NCBI GenBank assembly: GCA_001275005.1
Contig: JWZX01002721.1
Location: 1 to 36,583 of the forward strand
Reading direction: 5' to 3'
Source: Chrysochromulina tobinii
Lineage: Eukaryota
DNA: 36,583 nucleotides
The notes under the pieces were generated by a model, which saw only the letters and a program-made list of their open reading frames with translations, was not told the origin of the DNA and searched no databases. This document shows positions 1 through 9,768 of the stretch, one piece after another. A program made the position numbers and the translations under genes. How positions within the stretch are numbered: position 1 is the stretch's first letter; the number at the start of each line of letters is the position of its first letter.

Positions 1-37
1 GGACGAGTGGGGCCGAGGGGGGGGGGCTTTGACTCAC

Positions 38-1241
38 CTGCGGCGGCGCGAATTGCGAAAAGTGGTGCAGCTCGGTGCGCTCGGCGCCACGCTCCTCAGC
101 TGAAAGTGCGGCGTCCTCCGAAGGCATGCCTCGGCGTCCCTTGCCCGGGTAGGGCAGGAGGCCGAGGATCTTGCGCTCGATAGCGGCGGCCTTGTCGCCC
201 GAGGAAGCTGTGGGCGCGAGCCCAAAAGGAGGCGGCCGGTAGAGGCGCTCGGTGACGTGGTCGTGCGTGGGCACGAGGGCCGACGCGTCCGCCGCCTTGG
301 TCGCCGCCTCGGCTGCCAACTGCATCGCCGACTTGGGCGCCGCGCTTGCAAGTGACGTGGCGCTCTGGAGGAAGGCCGCAATGCCTTCCAGCTCGGCATC
401 GGAGTCGGCCAGTGCCAGGTTGGACGCCATGTCGGGCGGTGCATGCGTTCGCACAACTTGCTCGATTAGGCAGTCGAGCAAGTACGGCAGCCCGAGTGCA
501 TGCATTGGCGCGGACGCGAGCAGGTGGTTGTAGTGGCTCATGTCGGGCATGCCCTCGGCCGTCGGCACGGCGATCGAGGGCGAGAGCGTCAGATGGAAAT
601 CTTCGTACATGCACAGCTTCTGTGCCGCCGCATAGCTGCGCGCGCGAAAGCGAAGGGATGGGGTGCGAGCGACGGGCGGTCAGAAGATCGTAGGCGAGCG
701 GGGAAGGGGGGTGGCAGATTGGGGAGGGGGAAGGGGGGGGGAGGCGAGCGCACGTGAGGGCGGAGAGGCGGCTCAGGACGGCCGCGGGCGTGTTCCACTC
801 ATCGGGCGCGAGGCCTTTGAGTGTGAGCAGCACTGCCTGCTCGAGACCGGAGCCCTCGACACCAATGAGGGCCGCGAGCTCCGTCTGCAGGGCGGTCGGC
901 TCGAGCAGCGTAGGCGGTGGCAGCTCCGTCTCGCCCTCGGCGGGCACGGGAGGCGGCTCGCCCTTGCACACGCGCAGGCACTCCGAGTCCATCTCAAACG
1001 CGACAAACGTGTCGATGACCACGCCCTCCTTGGCGAGCGCGGCTGCCTCCGCCGCCGAGCGCGGAAAGTTCTGGAGCAGATAGTACGCGTCGGCGGCCTT
1101 CTCGACGGGCGGCGGCGAGTCGAAGGGCGGCTCTACCGCGGCTGGCGCGGCCGCAGGCGCAGACGCAGGCGGCACGTATGGCACGCCAGCTTCCTCCGCT
1201 GCAGCCTTTGCGGCGGCCTCGGCGGCGGCGGCCTCGGCGGC

Positions 1242-1272
<31 letters not shown>

Positions 1273-1526
1273 ATGGCGGCCTTCTTGGCATCGACGGCGG
1301 CCACCTTGTCATTCGCAACCTTGGTCGCGAGAGCCTTCGCGACCGCCTCAGGGTCCGCGGAGCCGCCCGAAAGCGCGGCAACGTCGACAACAACAATGCG
1401 GGGACGCGAGCCGCCGCCAATCTCCTGGAGCAAAGGAGCAAGATTGTAGCCCTCGGGTGCGAAGACCGAGAAGAGATGGGCGCGCCAGGTAGGTGGCGGC
1501 GCCTCGGCCATGTCCTCGTCGGCCAT
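38..1526 (-). CDS. SPAG17: SPAG17/PF6-like flagellar central-pair protein, 5' part; exons 1526-754 and 635-38, continuing past the window's left edge
   Basis: ATG at 1526 (MADEDMAEAPP). The GTGCGC..GCAG intron 753-636 restores the frame (..SALT/YAAAQK). Exon 2 encodes DMSHYNHLLASAPMHALGLPYLLDCLIEQVV, which resembles the conserved SPAG17 'YYN.LL...LHCMLEQVV' segment (recalled, not searched). The next donor, CAG|GTGAGT, is at 37. Confidence 0.65.
636..753 (-). other. Spliceosomal intron (118 nt, pyrimidine-rich, non-repeat type)
   Basis: GTGCGC donor, C-rich interior, CGCGCAG acceptor; removal restores the reading frame. Confidence 0.8.
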
Positions 1527-1954
1527 GACGGGTTTGTTCTTCGGCTTTTTCTGCGCAACGGAACCCTCGACCCGGATGAAGGTGTGACTGTGAATGCCAC
1601 GCAACTCTATCGCGCGTTATGGTCTTGTAAAAAGTCGCAAACGTGTCGACCAAAAGGACGCGTCATCGATCGGGTGATCGCCCTGCCGCCCAAGGTCGCA
1701 TCCGACCAGCGGCGTCTGAGCTGTGTGAAGACAGAGCAACCGGGTAACCGGGCCCACACCGCGGCACAGAGAACGCAGAGGGGCGCCCGCACCGCATCTT
1801 ATCTTCAATGCAAGTCTGCTGCCAGCTGCCAGATGCCCGCTGAAGCACGCTGTGCTCTGTGCTGACCTAAGGGTTGGCGACGCGATGACAAGGCTGCTCG
1901 CGCCTGTGAATTCACACCGATGGCAAGGCTGCTCGCCCGCACCCGTGCTACGAG

Positions 1955-3265
1955 TTACTTCAACGCCGTCACCCGCGCGTACAGCGAGTACGGCTCCGGC
2001 TGCGCTAGCCCGTGCATCAGCCCTGTGTACCATTGGCGTAGCTCGACACCGGTGGCGCGGCTGCGCTGCATGTCCTCGGCGCTCTGCAGCCCACCCACGT
2101 GGATCACGGTGAAGGCGCCGTCCAGCCGCAGCTCTCGCACGGCCGCCTGCGCCGCCTTCACCTGTGAGATCGAGACTTGCGCAATCGGGGGGCCGCTCAG
2201 GCCGCCGCCGTATCGGTGCGTGTAGTGCTCGAGAATCGCCCGATCCAAATTAGGAAGCTCAAATGCAGCATAGTTCCTTTGGGTGTTGAGCGCCACGACG
2301 CCGTCGATGCCCAGGCCCGCCAGGAACTTGACCGTCGCCTTCGGGTCGCCGAGGTCCCCCATCTTGACCAGAATGGGCACGCGTCGCCCGAGCTCCGTGT
2401 CGAGCTGATCGCGCACCGCCACGACACCCTTCAGGCGCGCGCGCAGCTCCTCCGTCGCATGCTCGCCGCCGCCGCCGTGGTGCACGTTCGGGCACGACTC
2501 ATTAATCTCAATGAAGTCCGCGAGCGGGATGGAACGCCGCACGCACTCGAGGACGCCCTGCTGCTTCTTCGCTGGGTCGGTGGCGTGCGCGGGGTGGCCC
2601 ATGATCGAAACTCCGATCGGGAAAGCAGCGGCCGAGGGCATGGCGGCGGAGCTGCTGGTCGCACCCTTGGCGCCGCCGCTCGCCCGGCGGTCCGGGCTCT
2701 GCGGTGGCACGCCATTGCGGCTGCGGAAGGATGCGATGTTCTCGAGCGCCACGTCGACACCCTTGGACGGCAGGCCTAGAGAGTTGAGCGCAGCGCCCGA
2801 GAGCGGGAGCGGCGTCCACACGTTGCCCTTCCAGAGCCCGCCGAAGAAGCTGAACACGTTGCCCGTGTGAGGCTCGCTGAGCACTGTACCGACGACCGCG
2901 AAGCCGGCGCCCAGAGAGTAGTTGAAGTCGAGAAGCGAGCCGTCCTTGTCCAGTCCAGCGGCGTTGCCCAGATCATTGCGGAAGGAGAGGCCCATCGCAC
3001 GTACGCACGCCGATGGCGACGCAGGTGCGCTGCTGATGGGCGCGGCGCTGAGTGCATGGATGAAGGGTGTGCGCGAGGCCGAGTACAAGCAAATGAATGC
3101 CTCCGCAGGCAGCACGGAAGCGAGGGCCGGACGTACGGCATCGTCGAGGCGAGCGAGCCCAAGTGCCATCGAGCGCTTGCCATTCGCGTCTGCCGGCGAA
3201 AGAGCGTACACCGCGGCGCCGAGGGCGCCGACGCCGCCCACAGTCCGCGCCAGAATGCGCGCCAT
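1955..3265 (-). CDS. DHODH: Dihydroorotate dehydrogenase family FMN enzyme (436 aa) with an N-terminal hydrophobic segment
   Basis: Motifs NDLGNAAGLDKDG, GTVLSEPHTGN, NSLGLPSKG, EINESCPNV, PILVKMG, DGVVALNT, GGLSGPPI, VGGLQSAED and LRQWYTG. Start chosen at ATG 3265 (MARILARTVGGVGALGAAVY). Confidence 0.88.
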   Translation of the reverse strand: MARILARTVGGVGALGAAVYALSPADANGKRSMALGLARLDDAVRPALASVLPAEAFICLYSASRTPFIHALSAAPISSAPASPSACVRAMGLSFRNDLGNAAGLDKDGSLLDFNYSLGAGFAVVGTVLSEPHTGNVFSFFGGLWKGNVWTPLPLSGAALNSLGLPSKGVDVALENIASFRSRNGVPPQSPDRRASGGAKGATSSSAAMPSAAAFPIGVSIMGHPAHATDPAKKQQGVLECVRRSIPLADFIEINESCPNVHHGGGGEHATEELRARLKGVVAVRDQLDTELGRRVPILVKMGDLGDPKATVKFLAGLGIDGVVALNTQRNYAAFELPNLDRAILEHYTHRYGGGLSGPPIAQVSISQVKAAQAAVRELRLDGAFTVIHVGGLQSAEDMQRSRATGVELRQWYTGLMHGLAQPEPYSLYARVTALK

Positions 3266-3495
3266 GACGGGAAAATGCGGGCGTCGATGCCCAGGAGAGT
3301 AAAGCGTCGTTCTAAGCATATTTTGTGCATTGTATCGTGGATGTGGCGGTGTTGTTTCACGCGCCTGGTTGTGCGTCTTGCCGAGCGGGCAATTAAACGT
3401 GAACGTGAACGGCAATGTCTGCCCGAGTATGGCCCACTGCGCCTTCGCTGCCCACGGAGCACTCCAACTTTCTGTGCACATCCCGGACGCCGCTC

Positions 3496-6400
3496 ATGGC
3501 GTATCAGCTCCCGTGCAGGTCGCCCTGGGATCACTGGCAGAGCCCGCTGCAAGACAAGTTCCTCATCGGCGCCTGGTGGCCGCCCACCCTGAACGTCATT
3601 CATCAGTATGTGGCGGCGCACTTCAACTACTTGGACACCGGCAATATAGCGTCGGGCTGCCAGGCGAATGGGACCATCCCCAATCCCGCCTCCTACGACG
3701 ATGCGTTCGGGTGCATCATGAACCATTTGCCGCTGTTCAAAGAGCTGGGTCTCAAGATCGGTTACGACGTGGGGTTTTTCAACAACTCTCTCCGGTTCCA
3801 GGACATGTTTTACGGCGGGGCGGACAACATGGGCGGGCTGACCGACTACCCATTCGGAGACGGCCCGGTCAAGCGGAAGTACAGCCAGTTCACGGTGCCG
3901 GAGCTCAAATGGGCGATGGAGCGGCTGCGAAACCATTCGCTGGACGATCACTTGCATACAGTCATGGTTCGCGACGACGTGGTGACGAACAATCGAGCGA
4001 CGCTGGAGGTAGTGGATTTCCTGCGTGAGCACTGGCCGCAGCTGCTCCCGATTACCAACACGGGCGCTCAGGGTCCCGACACGCTGTACGCTCAGCTCCA
4101 GCCGATGTACACTCCCGAGAATTACATGATCTCGGGGGCGACGACCAACGCGACCCGTGCGACCAACGAGCAGCTCGCTCTGCTGGCGGATAACGCGATG
4201 GTGACCGAGCGATTCCGCCTCTCCCCCTGGGGACTGTTCAACGTGGGCGACGGCGGCCAGAACCCCGTCTTGTACTCCCCCTCGCTCGCGCGCGTGCAGG
4301 CGTACGGCGCCGTCGCGTACGGCTCCCGCGGCTTGTATTACTACTGCTGGGGCAACGGCATCTGGACCCTGCCGTCGCCCGATCAGACCTCGGGCCCCGG
4401 CACGCCGGGTGCCATCTACGAGACCGTCAAGAGGAGTAATGCCGACCTCTCGGTGTGGGGTCAGCTCCTTATGGCTGCTCAACACGTGGGGGCGATTCGA
4501 CGCCCGTCGGTTCCGTTTGTGAGCCCGGGTGGGCGAGCCGGGTGCGGCCGACATTCTCGAGTACGGCAACATTGGCGACCATTCGACGCATCCCGCACCT
4601 ACGCTGCCCGTGGTCGCCATGGATGACCAGCTGCTCGTGGGCGCGTCCCTGCTGAACGTCAGCGGCGACGATGGCGATGGCTACCTGATGGTGGTGGATT
4701 TGCGCACCGAGACTCTTAACGCCACGACGGCGCCCACGCTCGGCCCGCGCACCGTGACGCTGGTCCTCCACCCCGAATGTACCCCGACCATCATCGAGGG
4801 CCATGCCGAGGGCTGGTCGGCAAACGTCGCGTCGCGTCATGTGTGGCGTCCGGCTGAGCACAGCCTGTCCTTGGGGCTTGAGGCCGGAGGCGGCGCGCTC
4901 GTGCGGATTGCAGGCTGCACCGATCGAGTGCGCGCCGTCCGGCAGTGGCACCAGAATCCTCGCGCAATCTCGCTGAGGCCACCGGATGCGACCTGGCAGT
5001 GCCCGCAGATGTCGCCCCGAGTCGCGGACTTCAACTACAACGGCGCAGCCGAGCGCCATGCTGTGCCAGGTGGCTGGGCCGGCTGGCAGTCCAACTTCCT
5101 CATCGGCGGCTCTTTCTGGGAGGCCTCGCGTGCCTTTGCGGACTTCCGCGAGGCGGAGGCGTGGGCGCAGGCGGGCTTTAATGTGGCGTCACTCGCTGCA
5201 GATCCCGCCGTGCTCAGCGCGTCGCTGCCGCTGTCCGCCGCCTTTGGAGTCCTCCTCTTGCCCAGCACGCAGAGGCCCAAGGTCGCCGCGACGATGCCCA
5301 AAGCCGCGATCAAACAGAGCGTCGCCGACTTTGGCTGCCACCCAAACTTTGGAGGGGCGGTGCTCGGCGACGGCGCTTCAGAGCCGCTTGCCATTGGAGA
5401 CGCCGCGGCGGCGCTGCGCGCGGTCGGATACATGTTCCTACCTCTCGTGCCCGCGGTGCCGACTGTCGGCGCGGCCGTTGCCCTCGCAGGGCTCGGCGCG
5501 CCTCTTGCGGCCGTCTCTCTGCCACTGCGGATGGCGGGCGCCATGGCGGGCGCCATGGCGGGCGCTCAACCGGCCGCGGTGGCGAACACGGTGCTCTCAC
5601 GCCTCGCCGAGCTGCGTGCGGCGGCCGTGAACACTTCCAACGCGATGACAATGGCGGTGACGCTGAGCGCGTGCGACACCACGTCCGACTCATTCACACG
5701 CTTCGCAGCGTACGCTTCGGTCATCTGGGGTGCACAGGCGCTGTGGTGGGAGGGTGTGGGCGCGTGCGCCCCCATCGGAACGGACGAGTGGGCCATGATC
5801 AGCTCCATCAATCGGCGCTTGTCACAGTGGGCCGAGCCTCTCTTCGGGAACGCAAAGGACGAGAGCACCTATGGCTACGGCGGCGGCGGCAGCGGCCGCC
5901 CCTGGAATGTGACGCGCTACGTGGTCGATCAGGTGTGGAGCACCTCCTCACTCGAGCTGCCTAGGATTGCCTATGATTACCTATGATTGCCACCTCCTCG
6001 CTCGAGCTCGATCAGGTGTGGAGCACCTCCTCACTCGAGCTGCCGCCGCTGCAAGGCGTGGCCGCCCGGCCTCCAACCGTTGGCGAGCTGGTCGAGGCTA
6101 TGGATGAGGAGCTGATTGTCATCCACCTCGTCAACGCGAGCGGCGCGCCGCCCGCGCGCACGCGTGCCCTCCTCGTCCTCTCGACGGCGTTGTCCTTGGA
6201 GCGAGGTGGTGCACCCGTGCGCCAGCTCGCCCTCCAGATGCGATCGGACGTCACCTCGACGAAACCCATCGAACCAGACTTCTTCCAAGGATGGGGCGCC
6301 GTGCCGGGCTTCAATGGGGTCGGCGAGTGGCCACAAGGGGTGGACGCTTCCTTTTTTGGACGGGCGGAGTGCGACCTTAGCTTTGGGGGGGCCAAGATGC

Positions 6401-6570
6401 CGTTGCAGCTCGCCGGCGGCTCAGCGCAGCTGGTCACCTACACGCTGTGGGCCGCCACGACAGCCTCTCCTCCTCGTGACGCGCCGGGCGAGGAGGAGCT
6501 CGTGCGTCAGATCGGGCGTCGCCCGCTACGGCGCGCTTCCGTTCGCGGCGGCGTTGCCGGCAAGATGTGA
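3496..6570 (+). CDS. Hypothetical protein with two internally duplicated glycoside-hydrolase-like modules; one apparent frameshift (~4530) and one intron (5933-6015)
   Basis: ORFs 3415-4626, 4529-5986 and 5983-6570 are consecutive and protein-like. Repeated motif pairs: FLIGAWW/FLIGGSFW, RVQAYGAVAYGSRGLYYY/RFAAYASVIWGAQALWWE, LEAGGGALV/LAGGSAQLV. Confidence 0.65.
5933..6015 (+). other. 83-nt intron flanked by a 37-bp exact direct repeat, with internal TATGATT(G/A)CC decamers
   Basis: CAG|GTGTGG...GATCAG|GTGTGG. Removal fuses ORF 4529 and ORF 5983 in frame (..VVDQ/VWSTSSLELPP). Confidence 0.8.
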
Positions 6571-6970
6571 AACGCATTTTCAAGTGACACATCGTTCACA
6601 GTGTGGAATGTAAGTTGGTTTCATGATGTCATCACTGAAGCGATTGGAAGCTTGTGCTCATTTCAACAATCCCTCCCGTCGGAACTATAGTCTCTTTGCG
6701 TGTAGGGCTGCGACCTGTGAATGTTGACATCCGCAATCGGCGGCGGAACCTCAGCGGGTAACTACAGAAAGTACCTAACCGCTAACGCATACAGCGCCGC
6801 GCGCGCGCCGCGTCGGCTGACGGGACGCGTGACGGTGCGGGCGCGGGCGCCTCGTGACAATTTTACAACTCTTCGGCCGCGTGCCGCCAATGATGCCAAT
6901 ACCACAATCCCCACCACCTGGGAGCACCTGTAGCTGGTGGAGGCTGAGTGGGAGTGTAGCCGATCATGCG

Positions 6971-7843
6971 TCACTCGCCCTCCGCTGGCTGCCCGATTCT
7001 GTTTCGTCTCTTCCTCTCACGCACCGCATCCCTGATGCGCCTTGCCTGGTCGTCGCTGATCCCGTCGATGCGTTCCACGTCGCCTCGAGTGCCTGCCCAC
7101 GGCCGCCGAAGGTCCGCGACGGATGGCGCCGTCCCGGGCGCTGTTCCATTTGTCGCGCTCAGTGCCTCCACCTCGACGAACTCCATGGCCGCTGCGCTCG
7201 CAGCCTGCGCACCCGCACCATCTGTGACCAGTCGCCGGACGGGCGTTCCTCGGGATGCCATGTACTGCTCCAGCGTCTGAAACTCATCCTCGATCCAAGA
7301 GAGATGGTCGGCGATCAAGTGGGATGACTGGCAGCCTGGGCACGTCGCGATCACTGTCCCCTTGGTGTAGGCGTGCCAAGAGATGCTATGGCTATTGGGC
7401 GCGTTGCACACGTTGCACGTGAACTGCAGCTCGAAGCGATCGCGCTTCGCCTTCGGCTTCTTCTGCGGCCGCTTGGACGAGGCGATGCCAGCGTCTATGA
7501 TGGTACGTGCTCGTGGCGGCTCCATGCGATCGACCTCCTCCCTGCTGTAGCCGAGGGAGAGCAGCTGCAGCCGCATCGCCTTGGTGATCATGAATTGCAC
7601 CGAAGCCACGCTCCTCCCGGTGGCTGACAGCGGCTGGCCATCAGGCGTGGCCACTTGCGACACCTGCAAAATGACATCCTTGTAATCATCCTCCTCGTCG
7701 CCAGGATCGTCCTCATTGCGTGGGATGCGAACGAGCTGTGCAACCGGATGGCCACTGGAACGCAGACCAGCAGCAGCGCGCATGCAAGTTCCGGGCATGG
7801 TGAACGCTGCCACGCTAACCGCGTAGAACGTCAGTAGAGCCAT
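6971..7843 (-). CDS. DNL-type zinc finger protein (Zim17/Hep1/HEP2-like Hsp70 escort), probably plastid-targeted
   Basis: FTCNVC..HSISWHAYTKGTVIATCPGCQSSHLIADHLSW is the zf-DNL signature. The N-terminus MALLTFYAVSVAA-F resembles a bipartite signal/transit peptide. Confidence 0.88.
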   Translation of the reverse strand: MALLTFYAVSVAAFTMPGTCMRAAAGLRSSGHPVAQLVRIPRNEDDPGDEEDDYKDVILQVSQVATPDGQPLSATGRSVASVQFMITKAMRLQLLSLGYSREEVDRMEPPRARTIIDAGIASSKRPQKKPKAKRDRFELQFTCNVCNAPNSHSISWHAYTKGTVIATCPGCQSSHLIADHLSWIEDEFQTLEQYMASRGTPVRRLVTDGAGAQAASAAAMEFVEVEALSATNGTAPGTAPSVADLRRPWAGTRGDVERIDGISDDQARRIRDAVRERKRRNRIGQPAEGE

Positions 7844-8216
7844 CAGAGCACCTCGTCTGGCGTAGGCACGACCTTTTCACTGTGAGTTGGTGCCTTCATG
7901 GATCCGAGAGTGCGGAGCACGCTCCGGCTCACAGCCGTTTCACACAGAGCTGGGCCTGGCGCTGGTGCTTTCACGCAAAAAACCTTGCGGAAATAACTCG
8001 TTCCGAAGGGGCTGACCCGGGGGCGGCCGCACGAATTCGCCGTCTCTGTCGTGATGAGCGCTCGGCATCCTCATCTTCTTGTTTTTTCGTAATTCCTTTT
8101 TCGGTTTCCAAACTTCCCCGACTTGCAGAATGAAACGACTCGAGAAAGAGGTCTTCTGAAGCTCTCGCGGCAAGCCTCGCCCCTGAAAGCGGGCGTCGCG
8201 AGTGTGACTCAGACAG

Positions 8217-8605
8217 ATGTCGATAGACAGGTTCCACCACGCGCTGCCGGCAGAGGTGACATTCGAGGGCAAGGTTTACCCACTGTACAACTTTGGCCAG
8301 CTGGATCGGTGCAATAAGGCTTCCCTCAAGAGCCGGGCGTTGGACTTGTGCGATGGCGTCGGGCGCGATCGGCTGCCGCCCCTGAACTATCACAACAAGG
8401 AGGATATGATCGTGTGGATCCTACAGGTCGAATCGGCACTTGCGCTGGGTCAAGGCCTGAGAGGCCCCTTTGGAGATCAGGTCACGCCGCTGACGCTCGG
8501 GATGCCCAAAAACTACGTCGAGGACAACATGGTCAGTGATGATGGCTACTTTACGGGGACTCACGACCGTGGCGGTGGCGGCTCGCCTGTTCGGACACAG
8601 GATTT

Positions 8606-8662
<57 letters not shown>

Positions 8663-9011
8663 GTACGACGGCGGCGGGTATAGCCACCAAGGTGGCAGCG
8701 GTTATGGCGCCAACCGCCCCAATTCCGCGGGGTTCGCGCTCGAAGCGCGGTCGAGCTCCACTGGTGGCTACGGTGGCGGATACGGAGGCGGCGGCGGCAG
8801 CATGGACAGGGGGTCCTTCGGGAGGGGCTCCTCTGATGATCGTGCCGATTCGCCGCAGACCCAATGGAGACCGAGCCACGGCCTGCGTCCGGCCACTGCA
8901 TTGAACAACATGGACCGCTCGAATCTGCATTTCGCAGATCCGAGCGATGAGTCGGCCCATATTGCCAACCTGTCGCGGCAGCGCAACACGTCGTCGAGTA
9001 TCTTCGGTTGA
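8217..9011 (+). CDS. Hypothetical protein: globular N-terminal ~100 aa plus a Gly-rich low-complexity tail
   Basis: 264-aa ATG ORF with GC3-biased codons and a protein-like N-terminus. Confidence 0.75.
8607..8660 (+). repeat. (GGC)18 coding microsatellite (poly-Gly)
   Basis: Perfect trinucleotide run. Confidence 0.95.
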
Positions 9012-9768
9012 CAAAGCCGCCGCTGGCTTGAGGAGGTGAGGGCGTTGCCTCGTCGCCGGAGGTGATTGGCAGCCACGTGCTGGGGATCCAGATGCTGGAC
9101 AGCGCCATCGTGGGCAGCCACACTCCAAAGCGGCAGCTTCGGTCGCTGTCAAGCCTTGCTGCGGAGCATGTGGGTTGGATCATGTAGGATCATGTGAATC
9201 CCTTCCTTGCTCGAGGGCGGGCGCTTCAAGTTCGGGCCATGAAGGCTTCCTGGAGGAGCTTTCCTGGAGCTTTCCTGGAGCCCTGGAGGCAGGCTTTTCT
9301 TGAACTGAATACTGATGTGGGCCCGTCGAGTGGCTATTGTATGTCACAGCGGGGGAACCGTATGTTTAGCGGAGCCGCGAAGCGGCTGCGCGCGAGGGTG
9401 TCCGGGTGTGTGTGTGTAGTGCTCCGACTTCGCGACGGCGGGTGTCGTGTCACGTGTGTACTGTAACTCGACTGTATCTGCAACGACCCGCGTATCCTGT
9501 GTAAGGTTGTGCGTGGAGGCTATCATTAGCCACTTGGCAATCGGTGTAAGGTTGTGTGGCGGCGCGCCGTAAACGGCAAAACGGTGTATTTATTTTCTGA
9601 GACGCGCGGCGACGGGCGCGACGGTCCCAGGAGGTTAAAACGAAACCACATTCCGTTCCACATACATGTGAGATGACCCGATGACAGATGGGATCGATGC
9701 TGGCTGGAGTATGCGCTAATACCTTGTAATGTGAAATTGGGACACGCTGATCCGATCGCAAGCAAAGC

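Noticed and set aside
663..1865. 400-aa plus-strand ORF
   Set aside because: Arg/Gly-rich antisense shadow of the SPAG17-like gene caused by high GC.
2776..4620. 614-aa minus-strand ORF
   Set aside because: Antisense or out-of-frame shadow of the GH-like and DHODH genes, with no recognisable motifs.
6721..6933. 70-aa plus-strand ORF between convergent genes
   Set aside because: Short, with no motif; probably UTR or intergenic sequence.
9244..9290. Short GCTTTCCTGGA tandem repeats
   Set aside because: Two to three degenerate units in 3' intergenic DNA with no link to the intron repeats.
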